Below are positions 8,715 through 17,680 of a stretch of DNA of 54,950 nucleotides, piece after piece (the stretch's first letter is position 1; each line of letters begins with the position of its first letter). The DNA is from a virus (taxonomy: Duplodnaviria; Caudoviricetes), in the IMG/VR virus record IMGVR_UViG_3300043424_000638, positions 1-54,950 of that record. One strand, given 5' to 3'. The notes beneath the pieces were generated by a model. The model saw only the letters and a list, made by a program, of their open reading frames with translations. It made no database searches and was not told the origin of the DNA. Both the position numbers and the translations under genes were made by a program.

Positions 8715-9242
8715 TTAGAGGAATTTAAGTTTTTGACCTACTTTAATTTTATTAGGATCTTGAATATTGTTAATCTTTATAAGACGATCATAATTCAATT
8801 TGTATTTTTTGGCAACACTATAAATGGTGTCCCCTGCTTTAATGGTATATTCTTTAGTAAATTTATTGTCTGGTTTTACTGAAGGTTTTTGAGCTTTAGG
8901 ATCGAGTTTAGGAGGTTTTCCATCCATAGGAGCATCATCTTGTGCTTTGGGTGTAAGGCTGGGGGTTGGAGTCGGTGTTGGGGTGGGATTTTGAACAAAA
9001 ATTTTATCTTCATCAATACCTACCATTTCAGGTACTGGTTCTTTTAAATTAGGTTTTGAAGCCAAAGCAATTACAGACAAGACAGCGACATGAACACCGA
9101 ATACTATCCAAAACATACTACTTTTAAAAATATTTGTACTCATTTTTTTAATTAGAAAAGATTTTGATTCTTCTGGAATGTCGCGAAACAAAGAATCTTC
9201 TTCCGGGGTAACATCGATGTGATATTGATTTTTTTCTTTCAT
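8715..9242 (-). CDS. Membrane-anchored LysM peptidoglycan-binding protein
   Basis: TM with His, (PT)n linker, C-terminal YTIKAGDTIYSVAKKY...NNIQDPNKIKVGQKL. Confidence 0.9.
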   Translation of the reverse strand: MKEKNQYHIDVTPEEDSLFRDIPEESKSFLIKKMSTNIFKSSMFWIVFGVHVAVLSVIALASKPNLKEPVPEMVGIDEDKIFVQNPTPTPTPTPSLTPKAQDDAPMDGKPPKLDPKAQKPSVKPDNKFTKEYTIKAGDTIYSVAKKYKLNYDRLIKINNIQDPNKIKVGQKLKFL

Positions 9243-9287
9243 ATTATTTTTAGGTTTGTTTAATGTTCTATTTTTTTATTAAAAAGG

Positions 9288-9674
9288 TCAACCTTTTTTC
9301 GGAAAAGAATCCATCAAGGAACAACACTTTTTAAATTCTTCATAATTCCAAATTCGACATTCTGTAATACCAGAAATGGGGTCTTTTTCGTACCAGTTAT
9401 GAAAAAATTTTTCATCTCCTTTAATATTATCCATCAAATATTTTTCCAATTCAAGAGCTTTTTCTTTAGACGAAATCCAACAAGATTTCATAACTTTAAT
9501 ATCAGAAAAATATTTTTTAATCGGGTAAAGTTCATCAGGGCCTGAATAGGTTAATCTCTGCATGGCATCTGATGAACTTGTAATACCTACTTTGTAAACT
9601 ACTCGAGGCGAGGCATTTGTTCTTTTAAGTTTAGCGATATAAACTTTATAAGGAGTTTCATTCATAATGTTCAT
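9288..9674 (-). CDS. GIY-YIG-superfamily (T5orf172-like) nuclease domain protein
   Basis: KVYIAK...YKVGIT...R...LEKYL...GITE pattern. Confidence 0.55.
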   Translation of the reverse strand: MNIMNETPYKVYIAKLKRTNASPRVVYKVGITSSSDAMQRLTYSGPDELYPIKKYFSDIKVMKSCWISSKEKALELEKYLMDNIKGDEKFFHNWYEKDPISGITECRIWNYEEFKKCCSLMDSFPKKG

Positions 9675-10028
9675 CTAAAATACGTCCTTTACTACTTCCG
9701 GTTAAACGAAGTCCCATTTTTTCAGCTTCTATAAATGCTTTTTCTTTGGCCATTTTATTTGCTTCTGAAATAGTACGACCCTCACCAAAAGTGACTACTA
9801 CATGGCCTGTAGTAGTTGAGTGTTCCATTTGAATTTTAAAATGACCAGTAATCATATTTTTATTTTTTGAATGGGGGAGTCCAGAGGTAATCCTTTACAT
9901 GCAAGGAGTCTGTATTTTTTTCTAGCCAGGTTTGTTGAATAAAAACAGAATTTCTGTTGGGTGTTTCTTTGAAAGGAAACAAAAAGGTCAAAATAGAATT
10001 AATAGTGGTTTTGATGTTTGTCATATTA

Positions 10029-10499
10029 TTAGATGGTTGAAACATAATTTTTAGAGAAACGTTTGCAAGAAGCAAGACAAAAATTGCTAAGATGACATTC
10101 ATCGCAAGTCCTACTATTGTTCAAAAAGATATCAGGACGTAAGCAAGCACCTCGAGTATGCTCAGGATATTCTGAAAGTTTCAAACTAGTAGGAGGTTCA
10201 TTACGGAATGTAGGAATATCATATACCTCGTCCACTTTTTCTATAATTTTTTCTTTTCGTTTACGTCTTGTGGCCTTTTGTGGTTTCGGGGGTTTTTGAG
10301 AAGATTTAGCTTTACGAGACACAAAAGTACTCAAAAGTTTTTCTAATCCTCCATGTCTTTCAATTTTCTTTTCTAACATTTGACCAAACGCCATGACTTT
10401 TTCTCCTGTTACTGTACAAATCAGGTGAGGGTGAGTAGTCAATTTTTTTGTAGACTTATAATGAGCTACTTCTTTTTGTATTTGTTGTGGTGTCATCAT
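10029..10499 (-). CDS. Basic protein with C-terminal Cys cluster (paralog motif of 1458..1730)
   Basis: CLRPDIFLNNSRTCDECHLSNFCLASC; start moved to MMTPQ downstream of a GGTTGAC promoter. Confidence 0.65.
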   Translation of the reverse strand: MMTPQQIQKEVAHYKSTKKLTTHPHLICTVTGEKVMAFGQMLEKKIERHGGLEKLLSTFVSRKAKSSQKPPKPQKATRRKRKEKIIEKVDEVYDIPTFRNEPPTSLKLSEYPEHTRGACLRPDIFLNNSRTCDECHLSNFCLASCKRFSKNYVSTI

Positions 10500-10545
10500 G
10501 AATATAAGACTAGAGCTTTTTTTAAAAAATGTCAACCTTTAAAAA

Positions 10546-11556
10546 TTAATCCTTATAATTTCGATTGATCAATTTGAATCCCAACGGTCTACGTGATTCA
10601 AAAGAACGAGGGTAGCTCTTTGGTCTTACCACAATCCCTTCTGCATCAAGTCCACTAGAATATTTTTGCTTGTCTGCTAGTTCTTGAAGTTTGCCTAGAG
10701 GATTGGTATAAAGTTTTAATGTAGAAGAGACCTCATAATGACCTAAAAGAGGAACCACCCCACAAGAAAGTTTATTATCACAAAAGTCTTTCATGGTGTC
10801 ATAGTCCATATATTTTTCGTTTTCTTTAATTTGGAAAACAAAAATACGAACATCATTTAATTTCAGACGATTCTGTTGGATTCCGTTACCCACTAATTCT
10901 CCTTGTATAATTCCAGACCATTCAGAGGGAATTTGGAGTTTTCGAGCAGCTTTCCAGAATGTAGAATTTTCTGTTTCTTTTTTAGAAAGATTTCTTGAAC
11001 ACACTTTTTTCAATTCTCCATTTTCTACAACTAAAGTTATACTCGAACCGTCTAGTTTTTGAGTGATAGTGATAAAGGGTTCAATATTTAAAACTTTTTC
11101 GACAAGATCTGGATCATTTAAACCATTGTCTTCGTCCGTTTTAGAAATCAAATGACTTGGAAAATCTCCTTCATTTTCTCCAGAAAGATTTGCTGGAAGT
11201 TCTTTAATATATTTTTGAATACCCAAATCTTCCGTAAGATCCTTTCCAAGCTCGAAGTCCCGCAAGAAAAGAGGAAATTCGCCAATAGGCACAACTAGAC
11301 CAGAACTATACTCTCCACGAAGTTTTATATTTTTAAGTCGAATAGGTTTATCGGGATTTTTTTGATCCACTAAAAATTCAGACCATTGACAACGAGGAAC
11401 AATGGTATCAATAGTAATAAAAACTACTTTATCCCCTTCTTTATGAATACCTTTTTTAACTACAGTTTGCCATCCTAAAACTTCTGCGATCTCCAAAGAA
11501 TCCGCATTAGGGTGAACTCTTATATTTTTGATAACTTCTATAGATGCTAATTTCAT
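10546..11556 (-). CDS. RNA ligase, DRB0094/Rnl2-like family with N-terminal OB-type domain
   Basis: HPNADSLE..V.GWQ N-domain; motif I KLDGSS, IQGEL, FVFQI, EGIVVR, FKLIN. Confidence 0.9.
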   Translation of the reverse strand: MKLASIEVIKNIRVHPNADSLEIAEVLGWQTVVKKGIHKEGDKVVFITIDTIVPRCQWSEFLVDQKNPDKPIRLKNIKLRGEYSSGLVVPIGEFPLFLRDFELGKDLTEDLGIQKYIKELPANLSGENEGDFPSHLISKTDEDNGLNDPDLVEKVLNIEPFITITQKLDGSSITLVVENGELKKVCSRNLSKKETENSTFWKAARKLQIPSEWSGIIQGELVGNGIQQNRLKLNDVRIFVFQIKENEKYMDYDTMKDFCDNKLSCGVVPLLGHYEVSSTLKLYTNPLGKLQELADKQKYSSGLDAEGIVVRPKSYPRSFESRRPLGFKLINRNYKD

Positions 11557-11576
11557 ACCTTAAAAGTATAAAAGCA

Positions 11577-11613
11577 AAAAAGAAACCCTTCAACCATTAA
11601 TTGAAGGGTTTTC
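11577..11613 (-). terminator. Rho-independent terminator overlapping a GGTTGAA -35 element
   Basis: AAACCCTTCAA-TTAATGG-TTGAAGGGTTT then CTTTTT. Confidence 0.65.
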
Positions 11614-11631
11614 AAAAATATGTATTTTTAA

Positions 11632-11931
11632 TTACATGTAAAAATTTAAGGATCTTATAAAATCTTCTACGGCTTCGGTTGGGGTCTCGAAATTATCCCA
11701 AAATGCTTCACCGTCTTGATGCTCTGCTTCTTTAATCCAAGAATAAAAAGACTCTTCCATTTTTGAATCTTTGATCATAGGCAGAAAATTTTCTATCATT
11801 TGATCTTTTAAAGGATGAGAAATGGTATCAGATTTATGCTTTTGAGAAGACATTTCCCCTTTATAAGGTTCTTTCATGTCATCAATGTTTTCAGAAACAA
11901 TGTTTTTATAAATTTCGTCAAATTTACTCAT
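11632..11931 (-). CDS. MxKFD-leader acidic protein
   Basis: MSKFDEIYKNIVSE; TAAATA upstream. Confidence 0.7.
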   Translation of the reverse strand: MSKFDEIYKNIVSENIDDMKEPYKGEMSSQKHKSDTISHPLKDQMIENFLPMIKDSKMEESFYSWIKEAEHQDGEAFWDNFETPTEAVEDFIRSLNFYM

Positions 11932-12166
11932 ATGTTATATTTATGATTCTTGAGATATTTTTATGAAAAGTTCTAAAATACCATCATATTCTTTTTGGGT
12001 CAAGGCGGAATGATAATCGACTCTTGGGTTTTTGGAAGTTAAGGTTTTTGTTAAGTCAGAATCTACTCCTACTACATAATCATGAACAGACCCGAAACGT
12101 TTTTCAAATTCTTCTTGCGTCATATCTTTTATTTACTGCACTAATGTGTTAAATACAATATATATT

Positions 12167-12955
12167 ATGGCACTTAATTTTCCAGATTCACCCGTTCTTA
12201 ATCAGGTTTTTTCTGCCTTAGGTAAAAGATGGAAATGGGATGGAACTACTTGGATTTCTCTTTACGATAAAGGAAATGTTAAAATTTCTGATACTCCTCC
12301 ACCTGATGCCGTTGTAGGGGATCTTTGGTTTGACTCTAGTACTGGGGTTTGTTTTGTCTATTATTACGATGGAGATACCTATCAATGGACAGACATCGGA
12401 ACTGGTGGTAATACCCTTCTTCCTTCTATTTCCTCAATAAATTCACCTAGTATTGATCTTGATTGGAATGCTTCTACTAAGACTTTGAGTGCTGCTACCA
12501 ACGGATTTCTTTTCGTTCCTTTAAACGACCCACTGAATCCAACAAATACTAACTCAAATGCTGACGGTACAAATGTAATATCCTGGAGTGCTAACGGAAA
12601 TACAACAGCAACGCCTTATTCAGGAGCAGTTCAAACAGCAAACTTAACATCTATAGTTCCTAATAATGCATATATGGTGTTAGTAAAATTCAGGTCAATT
12701 TCAAATATGTTTTCTAATACATCAGCTTTTATATACGTTAGAAAGAATTCATCTGGATTGTGGTCAAGAGCTTTAGAAGAAGAAGGTATTGGTTCATCTT
12801 TTGAAACAACCGGTTGGATTACACTTCCGATTATCTTTGATAGGGGAACTAAATCTTTTCAAGCGTATTTTTATGACCCAAAAGACGGAGGAGCACCAAC
12901 TCAAGCTCCAGCTTATGATATGTTCATTAACGTTTTGGGTTATTATATTAAATAA
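12167..12955 (+). CDS. Tail-fibre/virion appendage protein (MAxNFP N-terminal module)
   Basis: MALNFPDSP...WKWDGTTW, GDLWFDS repeat; followed by fibre chaperone; TAAATA at ~12150. Confidence 0.75.
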   Translation: MALNFPDSPVLNQVFSALGKRWKWDGTTWISLYDKGNVKISDTPPPDAVVGDLWFDSSTGVCFVYYYDGDTYQWTDIGTGGNTLLPSISSINSPSIDLDWNASTKTLSAATNGFLFVPLNDPLNPTNTNSNADGTNVISWSANGNTTATPYSGAVQTANLTSIVPNNAYMVLVKFRSISNMFSNTSAFIYVRKNSSGLWSRALEEEGIGSSFETTGWITLPIIFDRGTKSFQAYFYDPKDGGAPTQAPAYDMFINVLGYYIK

Positions 12956-13278
12956 TGAAAACTTACTACGATTTAAACGAATACCATATTAAGTTAGGAA
13001 AAACAATCATTCCTAAAAAACAAGATCATTGGGATTATATTCAATTCCTTCAAGAACTAAAAGAGGGTAAAGCAGAATTAGTTCCTTATATTCTGACTTG
13101 GGATGACATCAGAACTAAAAGAGACTTATTATTAAAGGAAACTGATTGGGCTGCTCTCCCGGATGTAAATGTCAGTACCAAACAATCTTGGTTAGTTTAT
13201 AGAGAAATGTTAAGAAACATCCCTCAAAAATTTAAAACACCAGAAGAAGTCGTCTGGCCTGAAAAACCTAATAATTAA
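12955..13278 (+). CDS. Tail-fibre assembly chaperone
   Basis: WDDIRTKRDLLLKETDW...YREMLRNIPQ...WPEKP. Confidence 0.85.
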   Translation: MKTYYDLNEYHIKLGKTIIPKKQDHWDYIQFLQELKEGKAELVPYILTWDDIRTKRDLLLKETDWAALPDVNVSTKQSWLVYREMLRNIPQKFKTPEEVVWPEKPNN

Positions 13279-13283
13279 AACAT

Positions 13284-14432
13284 ATGGCTATTAATTTTCC
13301 AAATAATCCTACCAACGGTCAAATTTACTCTGAAGGTAATAAAAGTTGGCAGTGGTTGGGCAATCGTTGGGGCACTTACAATATCCAAAACCCTTTTTTA
13401 ATTGGATTCAGAAATAAAATCATTAATAGCAATTTTAATTTTTGGCAAAGAGGGACTTCATTAGCCTCTGGAACAGGATCCAGATTTTTAGCTGATAGGT
13501 TTAGAAACGCTTCAATAGGTTCAACGTATTCGACATCAAGACAATCATTTTCTTTAGGTCAAACAGACGTTCCAAATAACCCAAAATATTTTCACAGAAC
13601 AGTTGTTTCGTCTATTGCAGGGAACGACAATTATGTATTATTAACTCAATCAATTGAAAATGTTACTACTTTTGCAGGAGAAACAGTAACATTGTCTTTT
13701 TATGCTAAAGCGGATTCAAATAAACCTATTTCAGTTGAATTTATTCAATTTTTTGGAAGTGGGGGAAGTCCATCAGATACAGTCAGACAATCATCTCCAC
13801 AAAAATTAAATTTAACTACATCTTGGCAAAAATTCATAATTACTGTTGACATACCTTCTGTGTTAGGTAAAACTTTAGGAACCGATGGAAACGATGATTT
13901 CCGTATTCATTTTTGGTTTGAGGCTGGTTCAAATTTAGGTTCAAGGACAAATTTTATAGGTCAACAATCTGGAACATTTGACATAGCTCAAGTTCAGTTA
14001 GAAGCAGGTCCTGTTGCTACTCCTTTTGAAAACTTACCAACCACTATAGAATTATCTTTGTGCCAAAGGTATTATTGCAAATCTTTTAATATTGATCAAA
14101 CTCCAGCATCTGGAATTTATGACGGATCACTTTGGGCACACGAACCAGTAGGGGAAAATGGAACTATTCATAATACTGTTAGTTTATTTCCTGTACCTAT
14201 GGTTAAAACTCCCACTCTGGTTTTTTATCATCCTACACTAGTTACGTCAGTTAATAGAATTTATATGTCGGCAACTACCACTCCTGCAGCTGAGACAGCA
14301 GCAATTGGTTCATATAATGTTTGTCCTACTAAAATTTCTAATATAACCACGTCATTCAGTTATTCGAGCACAGAACCTACAGGAGGTTTAAGAAGTGCTG
14401 GGTGGCAATATACTGCAGACGCAGAAATTTAA
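13284..14432 (+). CDS. Virion structural protein with carbohydrate-binding-like domain
   Basis: MAINFP module; RNKIINSNFNFWQRGTS...VQLEAG..ATPFE...ELSLCQRYY family. Confidence 0.75.
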   Translation: MAINFPNNPTNGQIYSEGNKSWQWLGNRWGTYNIQNPFLIGFRNKIINSNFNFWQRGTSLASGTGSRFLADRFRNASIGSTYSTSRQSFSLGQTDVPNNPKYFHRTVVSSIAGNDNYVLLTQSIENVTTFAGETVTLSFYAKADSNKPISVEFIQFFGSGGSPSDTVRQSSPQKLNLTTSWQKFIITVDIPSVLGKTLGTDGNDDFRIHFWFEAGSNLGSRTNFIGQQSGTFDIAQVQLEAGPVATPFENLPTTIELSLCQRYYCKSFNIDQTPASGIYDGSLWAHEPVGENGTIHNTVSLFPVPMVKTPTLVFYHPTLVTSVNRIYMSATTTPAAETAAIGSYNVCPTKISNITTSFSYSSTEPTGGLRSAGWQYTADAEI

Positions 14433-14446
14433 ATTCTATTACACCT

Positions 14447-14656
14447 TCAATTCAAAATTTTAGAAAGTTTATTAAGGATATCTTTCGCGGTTTGAAGATC
14501 GATAATTTCTTCTGAACAAATAGAACCTACATAAAAATTCAGAGTAACTGTAGGTTCCAGAACATCAGCTCCATTAGGAGTAGGAACCGGAGTTTGAGTT
14601 GAGGTGACTTCCATCTTACGACAGACTTTTCCGTGGGTTATTTTATTGTTGTTCAT
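14447..14656 (-). CDS. Hypothetical protein
   Basis: ORF track; GGTTGAC promoter upstream. Confidence 0.55.
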   Translation of the reverse strand: MNNNKITHGKVCRKMEVTSTQTPVPTPNGADVLEPTVTLNFYVGSICSEEIIDLQTAKDILNKLSKILN

Positions 14657-14714
14657 GATTTATTAGAATAGTTAAATTTTAATTTTGGTCAACCCAATTC
14701 GATAAATATAGTAT

Positions 14715-14873
14715 ATGTCAACTACAACTACTGAAATTTCTGGAACTACACCAACCTCTACTGAGAGCATTAAACCTGTTGTAAAACCTACAATTCAAAC
14801 CCCAGTTCCTACTCCTAATGATGAGGCAGCTAAACAAGCTAATCGTCGTCGTATGAGACATTTAGGGTTTTAA
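14715..14873 (+). CDS. 52-aa Thr/Pro-rich protein
   Basis: Own translation MSTTTTEISG...IQTPVPTPNDEAAKQANRRRMRHLGF; GATAAATA upstream. Confidence 0.55.
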   Translation: MSTTTTEISGTTPTSTESIKPVVKPTIQTPVPTPNDEAAKQANRRRMRHLGF

Positions 14874-15139
14874 TTTTTAAACCTAAAATAGACAAAGAGC
14901 AAAAAAAGAGTCATGGCTAGTCCTATGCCGTAATTTAGGAGAAGCCAGAGTACAAAAGTATTGGATAGAAATAGATAAAACAAACCAGAAATATATCCAA
15001 TCATCGGCATTATAATAAAAAAGATAGAAAGATCTTTAGAAGATCGAGTCTTAAAGATTTTAAAAATTTGAGGGACATAACAAGTTACAAAACATCCCGC
15101 CATCAAGATTCCGAAAAATTCTTTAAGATAATAAGTCAT
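14870..15139 (-). CDS. PQ-loop / SemiSWEET-like 3-TM transporter
   Basis: YVPQIFKIFKTRSSKDLS motif, three TM helices, conserved late Asn; start moved to 15139 because the longer ORF overlaps a tRNA. Confidence 0.8.
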   Translation of the reverse strand: MTYYLKEFFGILMAGCFVTCYVPQIFKIFKTRSSKDLSIFFIIMPMIGYISGLFYLFLSNTFVLWLLLNYGIGLAMTLFLLFVYFRFKN

Positions 15140-15154
15140 GATTTTAAAAAGTGG

Positions 15155-15233
15155 TGGTACACCCGGTGCGACTTGAACGCACATTGATCCAGTTACTCGG
15201 CTACGCTTTAGAAGAGCGTTGAGATACGGGTGT
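15155..15233 (-). tRNA. Non-canonical tRNA-Arg(UCU): no D-arm at the normal position, D-loop-like sequence in the variable region
   Basis: ACACCCG/CGGGUGU-A-CCA; ACGCU-CUUCUAA-AGCGU; GUGCG-UUCAAGU-CGCAC; only UAUCUCA between acceptor and anticodon arm. Confidence 0.85.
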
Positions 15234-15974
15234 ATATAAATTGCATTGTTCTAAAGATTCTATAATAATAAGGTTGGGTAACATTTTTTTCAACACTATT
15301 AATTTATTTTTTTGTGCTTTAATAGCTGTAGGATTTTTAGGATCTAAATACAAATCAAAGTCCGGCAGATAAAAGTCTGGGAAGTAGTGGTGTTTTATTC
15401 CTTGTTCGTCGTTCCATTGTATTGGTTCTGGTCGAATCCATTTAACATTTAGTTCATCAAGTCTTTGAGCAAGGGCTAATTCCCAAGACGAATCTAAAAG
15501 TACGCCTTTGTACATTACAGTTCCCCTTTTAAGTCTTCTATGTTTTGATATTAATGCTTTTTGTCTTATAATTTCTTTTGCCTTTTTTGTATGAGTCTTC
15601 CCTAAAAATGTTTGATGATTAACGTGATTATAGCATCCTCTTTTCCAGGCTTCTTTAATTCCTTGTTTTGCTTTTTCTCTTGCCTCTGGTGTTAAAATTT
15701 GAGGTAAAAAATCTTTATTATTTAAAATACGCTTTATACGTTCTGCTGCACTTTTTTTGTAGTATTCAGTTTTTGGATTCAAATCACACCACCTTATATG
15801 ATTTGCTTTTTTTGTGGGTGTAAAATTTTCTAAAGATCTTTTGCAATAAGTGCAATTATTTAAGTGTGGTTGTGGTGGTTTGTAATCACCATTACAAACC
15901 GACGTATGTTTTTCGTAATTTTTAGCTCTTGTGGTAAACCAGAAATGACATTTTGTACATTGGAGTTTTTTCAT
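15201..15974 (-). mobile_element. Free-standing homing-endonuclease-like gene (Zn fingers, NUMOD3-like, PD-(D/E)XK TnsA-like C-domain)
   Basis: CxxC...H...C fingers, GKTHTKKAKE, SSWE, YFPDFY...LDPKN; last 11 codons lie inside the tRNA-Arg. Confidence 0.8.
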
Positions 15975-15995
15975 TAATATACTTATGTCTCATGT

Positions 15996-16018
15996 TCATT
16001 CCACTGAGTTACAGGTAC
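15996..16018 (-). pseudogene. 5' remnant of a canonical tRNA (probably Arg)
   Basis: GUACCUG-UA-ACUC-AGUGGAAU-GA then breaks; GG-A20; GUACCUG can pair (with wobbles) with the CGGGUGU acceptor strand of the downstream tRNA-Arg. Confidence 0.6.
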
Positions 16019-16028
16019 ATGTAAAAAA

Positions 16029-16104
16029 TGGTGGAGTGTTTACCCGCGACACTCCTGGCTAAACTGCGCCCCAAAGGACTGTCGGCTACTTTACAGCCTC
16101 GCCA
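16029..16104 (-). ncRNA. Structured GC-rich small RNA ending in a 7-bp hairpin plus ACCA
   Basis: GGCU/AGCC and GUCC/GGGC hairpins closed by UGGC/GCCA, then GGAGUGU-loop-ACACUCC-A-CCA. Confidence 0.55.
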
Positions 16105-16286
16105 AAAGTTATTTACGGCAATCCTTCTTCTAGATTAGTAGGATGAATAATATGTTTAATTTCATCCTGAAGACGTTTAATTTCATTATTCCAAGCTTTT
16201 ACTACGGCTTTCTTTCGGCGCTTGGTATCTTCTAGTTCTTTAGTGAGTTGATATACTCGTTCTTGTTTTTCTTTTTGTTCCATAAA

Positions 16287-16559
16287 TTAAAAGTCGTTAT
16301 TGTCAAGAGCTTGATGATTTATTTCGTCTTCGATAGCTTTAATAAGAAAGTCTTTCAAAAAATTTAAAGCTTCTTCATAGGTTTCAAATTCTTCATCCAC
16401 CTCATCTAAAATATAACCATAATGTCGAACAATATAGGTTGGAGACAATCCATAAGACCATTTGGTTTCAATGTACCAATGACAACATCTATCCTTATGA
16501 TGACCTTTTCCAATTAATTTATACCAATCCTCTGTTAATTTAGTAATTTGTTCGATCAT
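16287..16559 (-). CDS. Conserved phage hypothetical protein
   Basis: HHKDRCCHWYI...WSYG...HYGY motif. Confidence 0.6.
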   Translation of the reverse strand: MIEQITKLTEDWYKLIGKGHHKDRCCHWYIETKWSYGLSPTYIVRHYGYILDEVDEEFETYEEALNFLKDFLIKAIEDEINHQALDNNDF

Positions 16560-16833
16560 TTAAGCGTATCCAATAATACGAGAATCTTTTACATTTTTCA
16601 AGTTTTCTTCTTTAGATTCTTCTTTTTTCTTGGGAAGATATTTTTGATTTTTAAGATATTTTTCCCATTGTTCATTATAAGAATTTCGGGATTGTAAGAA
16701 TGTGTTTTGAATGGGTTCTATTTTCATTTAGAAACTTAATACAAGTATAATATTTTTTTATACACTATCAATAAAAAAATAAAGATTATTTAGCTCAAAT
16801 AAAAAAGCACTCTCAAATTTGATAAATAAAAAT

Positions 16834-17592
16834 ATGAGTAAAATGAATTATTTGATGGTCAAAAAGTGTATTATTAATAACAAAAAATATCTTTGTAAAA
16901 AAACAACCGATGACATCAAAAAAGCAATTAATTATAAAGGTTCTGGTATTATAATTAAAAGGCTAAAAAATAAATACGGTAGAGATTGTATTGTGCATGA
17001 ATCGATTCTCTGTGTGATGCCAGTTGAACAAAAAAAAGAATTTAAAGATTTTTGTTTAAAAACGTCATTAAAATTTAATGTGGTTGAAAGTGATGAGTGG
17101 TTAAATCTCGAACATGAAATGGGTGGAGGCGGTTCTACAATTTTTACAAATCATAGTAAAGGCAGAAAAGCGATTTTTAAAGGTAATGATCAAAAATGGG
17201 TTAAATTAGAAGATCTTGAAAGTTACCTAACAGATGGGTGGGTGTTGGGTATAACTCAAAAAACAAGAGAAAAATTGTCAAGAGCATTAAAAGGAATGCC
17301 TGCACACAATAAAGGCAAAAAAATGAAAAAGGATCATGAATATAAAACAAAACCTTGGGTCAAGAAAACAGAAGAAGAAAAATTTATAAACAGGAGCAAC
17401 GGTAGAAAAAAACTTTATTCTGATCCCGAGTATTTGGCAAAATTTAAAGCACCCAGAAAACCATTAATTAAAATAATAAATTCAATAGGAGAAGAATTTT
17501 TAAAATCTCGGGCTGAAATAATTAAAATGGGGTTAACATTGAGATCTTTATTGAAAGGGGGAGAATCAAAAGGGTGGAAAATTGCAAGGTGA
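16834..17592 (+). mobile_element. Seg-like GIY-YIG homing endonuclease with NUMOD DNA-binding repeats
   Basis: YLMVKK...KYLCK...YKGSG...WLNL; YLTDGWVLG and TREKLSRALKG.PAHNKG motifs; opposite strand to neighbours, own GATAAATA motif; stop overlaps tRNA-Ile 3' end. Confidence 0.8.
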
Positions 17593-17673
17593 GGGAATCG
17601 AACCCCCGCTCGGCCCACATCTAGGGCACACAGGTTATAAATCTGTCGGTACTTCCAGTTATACGAACCTTGC
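17583..17673 (-). tRNA. tRNA-Ile(UAU) with 22-nt variable arm; CCA not encoded
   Basis: GCAAGGU/ACCUUGC-A73; GUAU/GUAC D-stem; ACAGA-UUUAUAA-CCUGU; V-arm GCCC/GGGC; GGGGG-UUCGAUU-CCCUC. Confidence 0.85.
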
Positions 17674-17680
17674 ATCAAAA

